Shown here: piece after piece, positions 10,948-21,400 of the stretch | Numbering within the stretch: the stretch's first letter is position 1 | Layout of the letters: each line of letters starts with the position of its first letter | Source of the DNA: Phormidesmis sp. | Lineage (GTDB): Bacteria; Cyanobacteriota; Cyanobacteriia; Leptolyngbyales; Leptolyngbyaceae | Length of the DNA: 64,000 bases | NCBI GenBank assembly: GCA_965248535.1 | Contig: CBDFJR010000002.1 | Location: 1,600,001 to 1,664,000 of the forward strand | Direction of reading: 5' to 3' | Notes under the pieces: model-generated | The model's database searches: none | What the model saw: only the letters and a program-made list of their open reading frames with translations | What the model was told of the DNA's origin: nothing | Made by a program: the position numbers and the translations under genes

Positions 10948-12357
10948 ATGCGCGTTTGTGTCATTGGTACGGGATACGTTGGTTTAGTCACTGGGGCTTG
11001 TTTAGCTCATATTGGACACCAGGTGATCTGTGTAGACAACAATGAAGCTAAGGTAAAGCTGATGCAGTCTGGACAATCTCCGATTTTTGAACCAGGACTG
11101 TCGGAGATTATGCAAGGGGCCATTCAAGCCCAGCGATTGGAGTTTACAACCGATCTGGCAGCAGGGGTCGAGCATGGACAAATTCTCTTCATTGCCGTCG
11201 GCACGCCTGCTTTGCCGACCGGAGAAAGCGATACCCGCTATGTTGAAGCAGTTGCCCGTGGCATCGGCTCTCACTTAAACGGGGGCTATAAAGTGATCGT
11301 CAACAAATCGACGGTGCCGATCGGGTCGGGTGACTGGGTGAGAATGCTCGTCCTCGATGGCATTGCCGAGCGTCGAGGAGTCACGGCTGAACCTGTGTTA
11401 GCAGGGATGGGGGTTCAAGAAACCTCGCTGCCTTTATCGGTGAGTGAAGACTACGACTTTGATGTTGTCAGCAACCCAGAATTTTTGCGCGAAGGGTCGG
11501 CGGTGCTTGACACCTTTAACCCCGATCGCATTGTGTTAGGCGGCAATAGCTCGCGTGCCACCACGCTGATGCAAGAACTCTATACCCCCATCATTGAGCG
11601 GCAATTTGCTGAAGATAAAACTCAGCCGCCTGTGCCTGTTGTGGCCACAGACTTGAGTTCGGCAGAGATGATTAAGTATGCCGCCAACGCCTTTCTCGCC
11701 ACTAAGATCAGTTTTATTAATGAAGTGGCCAACATCTGCGATCGCGTCGGTGCAGACGTGACTCAGGTTGCCAAAGGCATCGGCTTAGACTCTCGCATTG
11801 GCAGCAAATTTCTGCAAGCGGGTCTGGGCTGGGGCGGGTCTTGCTTCCCTAAAGATGTGTCGGCTCTGATTCACACGGCTGATGACTATGGGTTTGAGGC
11901 GCAGCTTCTCAAAGCAGCGGTGAGCGTTAACCAGCGTCAAAAGCTGATTGTGGTTGAAAAGCTTCAGCAGGTTCTCAAAATCTTAAAGGGCAAAACAGTG
12001 GGTCTGCTGGGCCTGACCTTTAAGCCTGACACTGACGATTTGCGAGACGCGCCCGCTCTGTCTCTGATTGAGAATTTGACTCGTCTAGGTGCCAAGGTAA
12101 AAGCCTACGACCCGATCATCTCCCAGACCGGAATGCGGCATGGTCTGTCGGATGTGATTGTCGAAACCGATGCCGAGCGCCTAGCTGATAGCTGTGATGC
12201 GCTGGTGTTGGTGACCGAGTGGCAGCAGTTTCAGAATCTAGACTTCATCAAGATGGCCCAGCTAATGCACGCCCCGATTTTGATCGATGGTCGTAACTTC
12301 TTAAATCAAGCTGTGGTTGAAGAAGCTGGATTCCGGTATGTAGGCATTGGTCGTTAA
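10948..12357 (+). CDS. ugd: UDP-glucose 6-dehydrogenase
   Basis: GTGYVG, KSTVP, NPEFLREG, GGSCFPKD, FKPDTDDLR, DGRN. Confidence 0.96.
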   Translation: MRVCVIGTGYVGLVTGACLAHIGHQVICVDNNEAKVKLMQSGQSPIFEPGLSEIMQGAIQAQRLEFTTDLAAGVEHGQILFIAVGTPALPTGESDTRYVEAVARGIGSHLNGGYKVIVNKSTVPIGSGDWVRMLVLDGIAERRGVTAEPVLAGMGVQETSLPLSVSEDYDFDVVSNPEFLREGSAVLDTFNPDRIVLGGNSSRATTLMQELYTPIIERQFAEDKTQPPVPVVATDLSSAEMIKYAANAFLATKISFINEVANICDRVGADVTQVAKGIGLDSRIGSKFLQAGLGWGGSCFPKDVSALIHTADDYGFEAQLLKAAVSVNQRQKLIVVEKLQQVLKILKGKTVGLLGLTFKPDTDDLRDAPALSLIENLTRLGAKVKAYDPIISQTGMRHGLSDVIVETDAERLADSCDALVLVTEWQQFQNLDFIKMAQLMHAPILIDGRNFLNQAVVEEAGFRYVGIGR

Positions 12358-12380
12358 AGATTGTGGATTCAATCCGATCG

Positions 12381-12414
12381 CCTGGGGAACTCATGAAGGT
12401 TTCCCAGGTTTTTT
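12381..12414 (+). terminator. Rho-independent terminator of uxs-ugd
   Basis: CCTGGGGAAC...GTTTCCCAGG stem followed by TTTTTT. Confidence 0.8.
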
Positions 12415-12436
12415 GGCGCATGGGCATGAAGCAGAG

Positions 12437-13159
12437 CTAGTTTGGCTTCGCAAAAATCATCAAATGCTGTTGCGGCAGACTATTTTGGGTTTCAAGATAG
12501 GTCAGTCCGGCGGCTGCCATTTCTGATTGCACTTGCTTTTGGGTCATTTTGTGAAGTCCCTTAATCAAAATGAAAGGATTTTCACCTCGATATTCGACTA
12601 AGACAACTCTGCCGCCGGGTTTTAAGGCTTTAACGATCGAGGTCATCACTTCTTTCGGATATTCAAACTCATGGTACGCATCGACCATCAGCGCTGTGTC
12701 AACACTCTCAGCCGCTAGATTTACATCGGTGGCACTGCTCAAAACGGGCTGCACATTCGAGAGGTGCTTTTGAGCTTTGAGCGTCTCTAAAATCTGAATC
12801 ATTTCTGGCTGAAGATCAACTGCTAGCACCTTGCCTTGGGGCACACGAGGAGCGATCCGAAAACTGAAGTAGCCTGTGCCAGCGCCGATGTCAGCCACGA
12901 CATCCGTTGATTTGAGATTTAGCCCGGCGATCACTTTTTGCGGTTGCTCTTCGCCATTGCGGCGATCGCGCTCTAGCCAGCCTGCCCCTTCATACCCCAT
13001 CACCTGGGCAATTTCTCGCCCCTTATAGACCTTGCCGATGCCATCTGGGTTGTGGGGCGATCGGGTCTCATAAACCAATCCATCTGCGATCGCAACCGGG
13101 AGACATCCCAGCCCCATTAAAATCAAGATTATTGCCCGCAAGAGAGTTTTCTTTAACAC
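12437..13159 (-). CDS. Class I SAM-dependent methyltransferase with N-terminal signal/TM segment
   Basis: VADIGAGTGYF, VDAYHE, LKPGGRVVLVE; probable GTG start at 13159, just after the caspase stop. Confidence 0.88.
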   Translation of the reverse strand: MLKKTLLRAIILILMGLGCLPVAIADGLVYETRSPHNPDGIGKVYKGREIAQVMGYEGAGWLERDRRNGEEQPQKVIAGLNLKSTDVVADIGAGTGYFSFRIAPRVPQGKVLAVDLQPEMIQILETLKAQKHLSNVQPVLSSATDVNLAAESVDTALMVDAYHEFEYPKEVMTSIVKALKPGGRVVLVEYRGENPFILIKGLHKMTQKQVQSEMAAAGLTYLETQNSLPQQHLMIFAKPN

Positions 13160-13163
13160 GACT

Positions 13164-15299
13164 TCACACGACTTGATAACTAAACCGAAACGTTGCCCAC
13201 GCATTCACATTCAGCGCATAGGCATCGCCAATCACCGCGCTAGGAGTGATTTGGCTAGCCTGATGGAGGTCTTGCAGTATCGCTTGAGCCACCTCTAGAG
13301 AGTTGGGTAACGGGTGAATCGTCCCCGATTCTGAGTTCTGTTTGAAGGTATCTGCTAAGAGGGTCTGGGTTTGACTAAGAGGAGCGCGGCTGCAAATTAA
13401 GTGAGTCTCAGTTAGCCCGATCGGACTCTGCACCACCCATTCCACCGTCTGTGAACCACCCGGCATCACCGCGGAGCCTGCGGACTGGAGCGCAAACGCA
13501 CTGCCGCCACCGTCTAACCCCATCAGCACCGCATAAATTGGCTGCTGACCAAGATTTTGAATGTGATAGTGAAGGCGACTTGCGATCGTGACCTTACGCC
13601 TCTTTTCATCTAAATCAGGGGCAATGTTTGAATCCGATTGATCCAAGGCCCGATCGGTGCTCTTATCGATCAGAATTTGTGATTGCGGAGCCGCAGTGTT
13701 AAGCGTTGCGCGGATGGCTAACCGCGACGAACGATCGTTGACCGTTAGACTCAACAGTTTGGTGGCAAGCAGGGTTTGCAGTTGCGGAGCCAGCCGCTTA
13801 ACGGCCACTTTGACCGCTTCTCCGGCATCGCCTGCGGTGCTAGCAATAATCTCTCTTCCTTGAGAAAATAAACTATAGCTCGACGGTGTGACTAGCCCCA
13901 CGATCGAAGCTGACGGCAGTGTGGCGACTTGTGTAGTAGCTGCCATCTTGCCAAACAGAACATCAGCAGGCTGCTCTCCGGCGGGGGCAGATGACAAATG
14001 AGGAAGGGCCGAAAAAGCGCTGACGGCATCCACTCGCTCAATGCGCTCTAGGTCGCTATCTAAGGCAACACTCAGCCCAAGATTGCGCGGAATGATGCGC
14101 GTTGCTTCTTGCACCCATTGCCCGATCGCGAGGGTTTCATCCGGCGAACTTGGCAGCAGACGAGCCTTTGCGATTAAGCCATCACGAGCGTAGATCTGTA
14201 GCTGCGTAGACGGGTCTGCGTTGACCACCGACAGCAGCGACTCTACGCCATATTGCTCTAGCACTTGAGGAGACAGCCCCGCCAGCCAAATCTGTCCTAC
14301 CTTGCCATTGTCTTCGACTCGAATCACCACTCCGTCGGCTGAGACGGGTGACCCAGACAACTGATAGGGCGTTAGTGGGCGATCGTGACTTTTTTGCCCT
14401 TCTAAGCTGGGCTGCTGTTGATTGGTAGATTGCCCAATCACTTCAGCGGCTCGGCTGAGAACCACTCTTAGCGTGGTGGCAGGCGTTGATTGCCAAAGCT
14501 GTTGGGTGAGCGCGTAAGTCAATAAACCTGCGCTAAAGCCATTCCAGCGCGCTTCGGCTGCAAATTGGTTAGAGTTAGCCGCCGCCAAGATCACACCCGG
14601 ACTTTGTTTTGCTTGTCGCTGTCCTCTCAGTTGTGGTCGATCGAGATTTGACGTTTTGAGGCGCTGCTCTTGAAAAGCGATTTCTGCATCCTGCACTTGG
14701 GTGGCAGAGAGCATCGGCAGCGATCGTAGCCGCAGGTTGCCCTGAAGCGTAGCTCCGACATCGGCATAGCCTGCATCCAGAATCGTCGTCACTTGGTCAG
14801 TCGGCAAAGACTTCAGCAGCAAAAGCAGCGTATCTTCGGAAAGCCTGTTGCCGATCGGGTCTGCGTCAGCAGTCGGCTCGTCGATCGTCACTAAGCTCGT
14901 TTGAACGTCTTCTGCAATGCCCAAGTTTAGTAAACTGCCGTGCCCACTGAAATGGAACACGATCACATCACCCGCTTGAGATGGCTTGGCTAAATGCTCG
15001 ATAAAAGCGGTTTCAATCTGCGATCTCGTTGCCTGCTGATCAGTGAGCGTCATAATATCAGAGGGCTGAAACCCAAATCGATAAATCAATAGCTCTCGCT
15101 GCAAATCGACATCGGTCAGACAACCTTGGAGTGCCGCACTGCGATATTGATTGATGCCAATCAGCAGCGCTAGTTTGCGACGGGTTGGCTGGGCTAAGAC
15201 TTGACGAGCGCGATCGACCGTCAGAGCGAGTCCGGTTTGACTTGCGCCCCACGCTGCTAGTAATGAGCTTGTCTGCTGCAAAAACGATCGCCGCTTCAT
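13164..15299 (-). CDS. Tat-exported caspase-family (C14, orthocaspase-like) protein with catalytic Cys replaced
   Basis: MKRRSFL twin-arginine signal; KLALLIGINQY, LQGCLTDV, FHFSGHG; ILDAGY instead of DxC. Confidence 0.88.
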   Translation of the reverse strand: MKRRSFLQQTSSLLAAWGASQTGLALTVDRARQVLAQPTRRKLALLIGINQYRSAALQGCLTDVDLQRELLIYRFGFQPSDIMTLTDQQATRSQIETAFIEHLAKPSQAGDVIVFHFSGHGSLLNLGIAEDVQTSLVTIDEPTADADPIGNRLSEDTLLLLLKSLPTDQVTTILDAGYADVGATLQGNLRLRSLPMLSATQVQDAEIAFQEQRLKTSNLDRPQLRGQRQAKQSPGVILAAANSNQFAAEARWNGFSAGLLTYALTQQLWQSTPATTLRVVLSRAAEVIGQSTNQQQPSLEGQKSHDRPLTPYQLSGSPVSADGVVIRVEDNGKVGQIWLAGLSPQVLEQYGVESLLSVVNADPSTQLQIYARDGLIAKARLLPSSPDETLAIGQWVQEATRIIPRNLGLSVALDSDLERIERVDAVSAFSALPHLSSAPAGEQPADVLFGKMAATTQVATLPSASIVGLVTPSSYSLFSQGREIIASTAGDAGEAVKVAVKRLAPQLQTLLATKLLSLTVNDRSSRLAIRATLNTAAPQSQILIDKSTDRALDQSDSNIAPDLDEKRRKVTIASRLHYHIQNLGQQPIYAVLMGLDGGGSAFALQSAGSAVMPGGSQTVEWVVQSPIGLTETHLICSRAPLSQTQTLLADTFKQNSESGTIHPLPNSLEVAQAILQDLHQASQITPSAVIGDAYALNVNAWATFRFSYQVV

Positions 15300-15689
15300 T
15301 TCTTGCCGTCTACCCCTAGCCCCTAGCTATTAGCCTAGCAAGAAAGGGGAAGGTGCGCGTTTCTAAAAAGAGCTTTCCCCCAGACGGATACCAGATTTCT
15401 AATGAGGATTAAGGGGGAAAGGCGAGTTCGTTGCGATCGTGCTCATTCTCAGGCGTTGCTAAATCAAGCAATGAACCGCTCACTAAACCCTTTAATTTCA
15501 CAAAGCCATAGTCCCATTCAGGCAGCGCTACTAACTGGAGTATCACCGTTGCTGATCAATTCAAGCAAGCTAACAACTCCAGTCAACAGCTTAATAGCTG
15601 GACTAAACTAAGCCTATGGTGCTTGAGAATTGCCTCAAACCTTTGTGCAGATACAGTCTATTACGGTCTCTAGCAAAGTCGGAAGCTAG

Positions 15690-16553
15690 TTAATCTGCTT
15701 GAGAGATAGAAGTTGCAGTATGCTTAAAACTTATAGCTATATTGCTAAGGGTATCAAAAGAGAAAAACTTCAAAAGATTTCTTAGCTTTCCTTTTGTTGA
15801 GTAAATACCCAACTTATTCTTCAGTCCTTCTGAGAAGCTCTGATTAAGAAAAGGTCGCAAGGGATCTAGCTCCCATGGATGTATATAAAAAATCACAGGC
15901 TTACTAGCTCTTTCTAGACAAAGAAAGTTCCAATAAGTTAGTTGAAATGGGTAAACCCGAAAAAATCCTCCTCCTGAGGTTGGAAGTGAGAAGCCAAGTA
16001 CTCTACTAATAGATGCAGGTATCTCTGTAATGGGGCCTGACTCTGTAACGATGTCGTGAATGCTTTGTGTAAAATTCGGTATGCCGTACGGCCCCTTTTT
16101 TAAGGGAAAAATACTAGAGTCATACTGAATTCCTAATTCAACAAGAATTTGCAGTGCCCACAATGATTCATGCGTAATTGAGAAATAGGGTGCTCTATAA
16201 ACATCAACCACTTTTCCTGTTAAATCTGAAAGTAAGGACAAGGCGCGATGAGTTTCATTCTTAAAGTGGGTTTGGCTCATGTTGCAGACTGGCTGATGAT
16301 TCCAGCCATGACATCCTATCTCATGACCCAGTGAAGCAACTTTCTTTAGAAGCTTTGGGTTTTCCTCCGCAGCTTTACCTAGCCACAAAAAGGTTGCACA
16401 GACGTTGTGCTCTGAGAGTATATCAAGCAGCAAACTTAAACCATAATCTAATCTTTTTGATTCTTGAACATCTTCATACACATAGCTTGCACCGTGATAC
16501 CAGTCCTCAACGTCTATAGTAAAAGCATGGGAAATTCTAGATTTAGTATTCAT
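15690..16553 (-). CDS. Polysaccharide deacetylase (CE4-like, DUF3473 type)
   Basis: FTIDVEDWY, HEIGCHGWNH, YRAPYFS, YDSSIFP, GGGFFR, FYIHPWELDP; AT-rich codon usage. Confidence 0.9.
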   Translation of the reverse strand: MNTKSRISHAFTIDVEDWYHGASYVYEDVQESKRLDYGLSLLLDILSEHNVCATFLWLGKAAEENPKLLKKVASLGHEIGCHGWNHQPVCNMSQTHFKNETHRALSLLSDLTGKVVDVYRAPYFSITHESLWALQILVELGIQYDSSIFPLKKGPYGIPNFTQSIHDIVTESGPITEIPASISRVLGFSLPTSGGGFFRVYPFQLTYWNFLCLERASKPVIFYIHPWELDPLRPFLNQSFSEGLKNKLGIYSTKGKLRNLLKFFSFDTLSNIAISFKHTATSISQAD

Positions 16554-16607
16554 TGATTAGACAAGTATGTTGTACATAGAAATTCAAGCTCTAACAAGAC
16601 TTAGGGT

Positions 16608-17465
16608 TTATCTCCGTGTCTTAAATTTGATATTTATTTTTGAAAACAAATGTCTGATCGACTTAAAAGTAACGCGAACTAATAATATAAATATGAATTT
16701 TGGGCTGTAGTAGAAGTTTCTGAAAAACAGTCTTCTAGGTTCTAAAATAAGCCTGAAAAGCCACTCGAAGCCTAGATTCTGCACAAGCTTGTTTGGTCGT
16801 GATTTAGAATCTGCAATGACTTCAAATGCCCCTCCCACTCCCATCATGACAGATCTAACTTTTTCTTTCTTGCCATGCATCCAGTATTCTTGTTTTGGAC
16901 ACCCCAGGCTAACAAATAGAATACGAGTGCCTGAATCGTTGATTGCAGAAACTACTTCTGTGTCTTCTTGCATTGTTAAAGGCCTGTAGGGCGGAGAATA
17001 TACATACGCTATTATTATTTCAGGATATTCTCTTTTTATTTTAGAGATTAAACTATCTAGAACTTCTCTTCTATTTCCATAAAAGCCTATTGGAATGGAT
17101 ATCTCAGAAGCAAGTTTAATGGTTTTTTCCATGACATCGCGACCGCAAAATTGCATGATGGCACTATCTTGTAAAGCTGAATATCCAAGAAAATAGTAGA
17201 ATCTATGCTTTAAATATATCAACCAGAAAACTGGCCTTCCATCTAATGTGACTAAATCTGCTGAAGTGAGTACATCTCTGAAATTTATTGATTCTTGAGA
17301 AATTACAAGCATATGCACATTGGCACAGCAAACATACTTTGATTCTGACTTTTTTGCCCAATCAAATACTATTTTGCAATCTAAATCATAGTTATAAGAA
17401 ATAATAGTTTTCACTCCTAAAACACTATCTTTTTTTGCTGAGACATTTAATCCAAGAGGTTCCAT
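16608..17465 (-). CDS. WecB/TagA/CpsF family glycosyltransferase
   Basis: ANVH, DG, SPPYR, FVSLGCPKQE, GVGGAF, FEWLFRLILEPRRL; AT-rich. Confidence 0.92.
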   Translation of the reverse strand: MEPLGLNVSAKKDSVLGVKTIISYNYDLDCKIVFDWAKKSESKYVCCANVHMLVISQESINFRDVLTSADLVTLDGRPVFWLIYLKHRFYYFLGYSALQDSAIMQFCGRDVMEKTIKLASEISIPIGFYGNRREVLDSLISKIKREYPEIIIAYVYSPPYRPLTMQEDTEVVSAINDSGTRILFVSLGCPKQEYWMHGKKEKVRSVMMGVGGAFEVIADSKSRPNKLVQNLGFEWLFRLILEPRRLFFRNFYYSPKFIFILLVRVTFKSIRHLFSKINIKFKTRR

Positions 17466-18416
17466 AAATTTAATCTCTGAATAAAGTTCTGATTCAATAT
17501 CTGAGCGGCAACGTTGCTATCTAGGCAACATAGGTAGCGTTTATTTGTATTGGACATAGACAATCTTTGCGTCTCAGCTATGTTGATAAATTTTGATATG
17601 TCGCCGCTCTTAGCTAATATGTACTACTAACGTAAAATCGATAAGACTAGTTTTGCTAGGCAGAAGAATAGAGAAAGCTGCTAGGCGACACAGTACGACT
17701 GCCACCACAAGCTTTTTGGGCTATTCACTGTGATAATCTTTACAATCACACGAAAAATTATTTAATTTGAACCGAGCTTGCCGTTATTTTCTTTCTTTGA
17801 GCGATTGAAATCAAGGGGCTTTACGGATACTTCATACGAAAAGCCGAGCAGCTATTGAAGTTGCCTCTTTCTCTAGAAAATGTCTCTGTGCTGACCCGTA
17901 CTCGACCCATACTCGAAACGAAACTAGCTAGCCATTAGCTGCACTGAAACTCATGGATAAAAGAATATTTTAAAAGTATAAGATCTTACATTCCTGTGAT
18001 TCCATTTGCGCTGAAACGAAGGTTAAGTGAGTAACTCAAACCCGCTTCAATGAGTCAGAAGGAATATTCATTAAGGGTTCTAGCCTAGCTCACTGAACTT
18101 TAGTGGTTCGTTTAGATAAATCCTTTGTCAAGCGTTTTAAGCTCTAAACAATACTAATTTTGTAGTCTGTGATATGGTTGCAAGCACAAATCCAGAGGAG
18201 CTAGAAGTTCTAGGATGTCTTTAACTCAAGAATACTGGGATCTAAACCTATAGATCTCTATTGAAACGATAGATAGATTTCAACAATTCAGTTCTTTTAG
18301 AGTTGAGATCGACGCTTATTGCTGCCTTGTCAAAACATCCATCAACTTCATCGAATTGAGCACCAGAAAAGGCAGACTCCAATGAGCTAGACATGCGTTT
18401 TAGGGTGGCTTAGATC

Positions 18417-18459
18417 AAAAAAGCCGTCAGCCTGAGCTATCGCTCGATCGCTGACGGCT
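18417..18459 (-). terminator. Rho-independent terminator of glsF
   Basis: AGCCGTCAGC...GCTGACGGCT 10-bp stem with an A-run on its left (U-tail on the minus strand). Confidence 0.8.
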
Positions 18460-18476
18460 ACTAAGTTTTGAAAGAT

Positions 18477-21400
18477 TTATTTCACTGAGCTTAACTCCTT
18501 CACTTCAGCATCAGGATTTGCTTCGGGCGTGTCTTTCTCAGATGGGGGCACCACTTGCCAAAACTTGGGCAGATAGTCTGACCAGTTGGCCAAAATCGCC
18601 TTGGCTTTGGGGCTATTGGTGCGATCGGCGTGAGCTTCAATCAGTTCTTTTAACTGTTGCTCACCCGCAGGCGCAGTCACCCGCTGGACTTTGACAATTT
18701 CGGGGTTGACCTTAGATTGAAAACTGCCGTCTCCATCCAAGAAGTAGGCTAAACCGCCCGTCATGCCTGCGCCGACGTTGCGACCCGTGCGACCCAGAAC
18801 GACGATCGTGCCCCCGGTCATATATTCGCAGCAGTGATCCCCAACCCCCTCAACCACGGCTTGCGCTTGAGAATTGCGGACGGCAAACCGTTCGCCTGCT
18901 TGCCCGTTGGCAAATAAGCTGCCGCCCGTCGCGCCATAGAGACAGGTGTTGCCAATAATCACACTCAGAGCGGGATCGTAAGTGATATCTGCCGTGGGCC
19001 GAATGGCAATTTCGCCACCGTGCATTCCTTTACCCACATAGTCATTGGCTTCACCCGTTAAATGAAGCGTCATGCCCGGCAGGTTAAACGCGCCAAAGCT
19101 TTGACCGACACTGCCGCCGAAATTTAGGGTGATGTGACCCCCAAAACCAGTGTTGCCATAGCGTTTAGCGATCGCCCCTGCCAGTCGAGCGCCCACGGTG
19201 CGATCGGTGTTGACCACTTTTAGAGTCTTGGCAGCATGAGTCTGGTTTTGAATCGCCGCCTGAAGGTCAGGGTCACTGAGCAGTTCATCGTCTAGCACCA
19301 CGCCATTACTGTGAACGGGTTCATGCTTCAGCCAGTCGCGATTTTCACGCGTGTCAGGGAGCCGAACCAAACAATCTAAGTTCAGACTTTTGGTTTTAGT
19401 GAGCTGCACCGACTCGCGCACTTTGAGCAAGTCTGAGCGGCCGATGATGTCATTGAGCGTGCGGTAGCCCAAACGAGCTAGCAGCGATCGCACTTCTTCG
19501 GCAATGAAGTAGAAAAAGTTGACGACGTGCTCTGGGGTGCCCGGAAAGCGTTTCCGCAGTTCTTCTTTTTGGCTGGCTACGCCCACAGGACAGTTGTTGG
19601 TGTGGCAAATGCGCGCCATAATGCAGCCTTCGGCAATCATCGCGATCGAGCCAAAGCCATATTCTTCGCCGCCCATCAGCGCCGCCATGATGATATCCCA
19701 CCCGGTTTTGATGCCACCATCGACCCGCAGCAAGACGCGATCGCGCAGTTGATTTTCCATCAGCACGCGGTGCACTTCGGTTAAGCCAAGTTCCCACGGG
19801 CTGCCTGCGTGTTTGATCGAGCTAAGAGGAGACGCGCCCGTGCCGCCATCGTGACCCGAAATCTGAATGATGTCAGCGTTGGCTTTGGCAACCCCGGCGG
19901 CGATCGTGCCAATGCCGACTTCGGCCACCAGTTTCACCGAGACTTGCGCGACTGGATTAATTTGGTGCAGGTCAAAAATTAGCTGAGACAGATCCTCGAT
20001 CGAGTAAATGTCATGGTGGGGCGGCGGCGAAATCAGCGTTACTCCGGGCTTAGAGCGGCGCAACATCGCAATATAAGGGCTAACTTTCGGGCCGGGCAAC
20101 TGTCCGCCTTCCCCTGGCTTGGCTCCTTGAGCAATTTTGATTTCGATCTGTTTGGCGCTCATCAGATATTCTGGGGTCACGCCAAACCGACCAGAAGCCA
20201 CTTGCTTGATCGCAGAACTGACGGTATCGCCATTTTGCAATCCCTTGAGATGAGGCAGCAGCGGAGAAAGTCCGGCTTCGTCTACATCTTTGAGAATGTT
20301 GAACCGCACCGGATCTTCGCCCCCCTCGCCAGAATTAGATTTGCCGCCAATGCGATTCATGGCGATCGCCAACACTTCATGGGCTTCTCGTGACAGCGCA
20401 CCCAGCGACATTCCCCCCGTGCAAAAGCGCTTGACAATTTCGGTCACAGGCTCAACGTCTGTCAACGGCACCGAAGGACGATCGCTCTTGAAGTCGAGCA
20501 AATCTCTCAGCGCCGTCAACGGACGATTTTGCAGGTATTTTTGATAAAGCTCATAGTGGTCAAAGCTCTTGGTGGCGACCGCTTTGTGCAGATGCTTCGC
20601 CATTTCTGGGCTGTTCATGTGATATTCGCCACCCGGACGATATTGCACAAACCCAAAGTTTTCTAGCTTTCTGCCTGCCAATTCAGGAAATGCGCGGCAG
20701 TGGAAAGACAGCACTTCTTGGGCCAGTTCAGTGACCGTTAGACCACCCAACCGCGAAGCCGTTCCATAGAAACCCAGGTTAAGCAAGTCAGCCCCGATGC
20801 CGATCGCTTCAAAAATCTGTGCGCCTTGATAGCTTGCCAGCAGCGAAATTCCCATTTTTGAGAGAATCTTCAGCAACCCGTCTTCGATCGCTTTACGGAA
20901 ATTTGCCTGCACCGCCGATAAGCTGGCTGATTTGATTTTGCCCCGCTCCATCAGGCTCTTAGTTCTAGAGTCGCCCCACCACTGACGCACTGTTTCTAAC
21001 GCCAAATAGGGACAAACGGCACTCGCTCCATAGCCGATCAAGCAGGCAAAATGATGGGTGCTCCAAGCTTGAGCGGTGTCAACCACTAAAGAAGCCTTCA
21101 TCCGCAATCCTTGACGGATTAAGTGATGGTGAACGGCTCCCACCGCCAGCAAGGGAGGAATGTAGCTGTGATCGGCGCTGAGATTGCTAAAGTTGCCTGC
21201 TGAGTCGAGCCGATCGCTCAAAATCAAAATCTTCTTCCCAGCCCGCACGGCTTCGGTTGCTTTTTGACAAAGCTCGTTAACAGCGCGTCTGAGACCTTCG
21301 GGGCCGGTGGCGATCGCAAACAGGGTAGATAGCTTCGTCGCCTCAAATCCAAACGTTTGAATCTGATCTAAATCGCCTTCATCTAGGATGGGAGATTCTA

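Larger units (their letters stand above)
15650..18410. other. AT-rich, HIP1-free genomic islet (probable horizontal acquisition)
   Basis: Visibly AT-rich; no CGATCG/GCGATCGC seen here although flanks have many; boundaries approximate. Confidence 0.7.

Noticed and set aside
15402..15672. 69-aa ORF and an alternative-frame stretch faintly like a proprotein-convertase P-domain end
   Set aside because: No clear RBS or start, interrupted by stops, and the similarity is too weak to support
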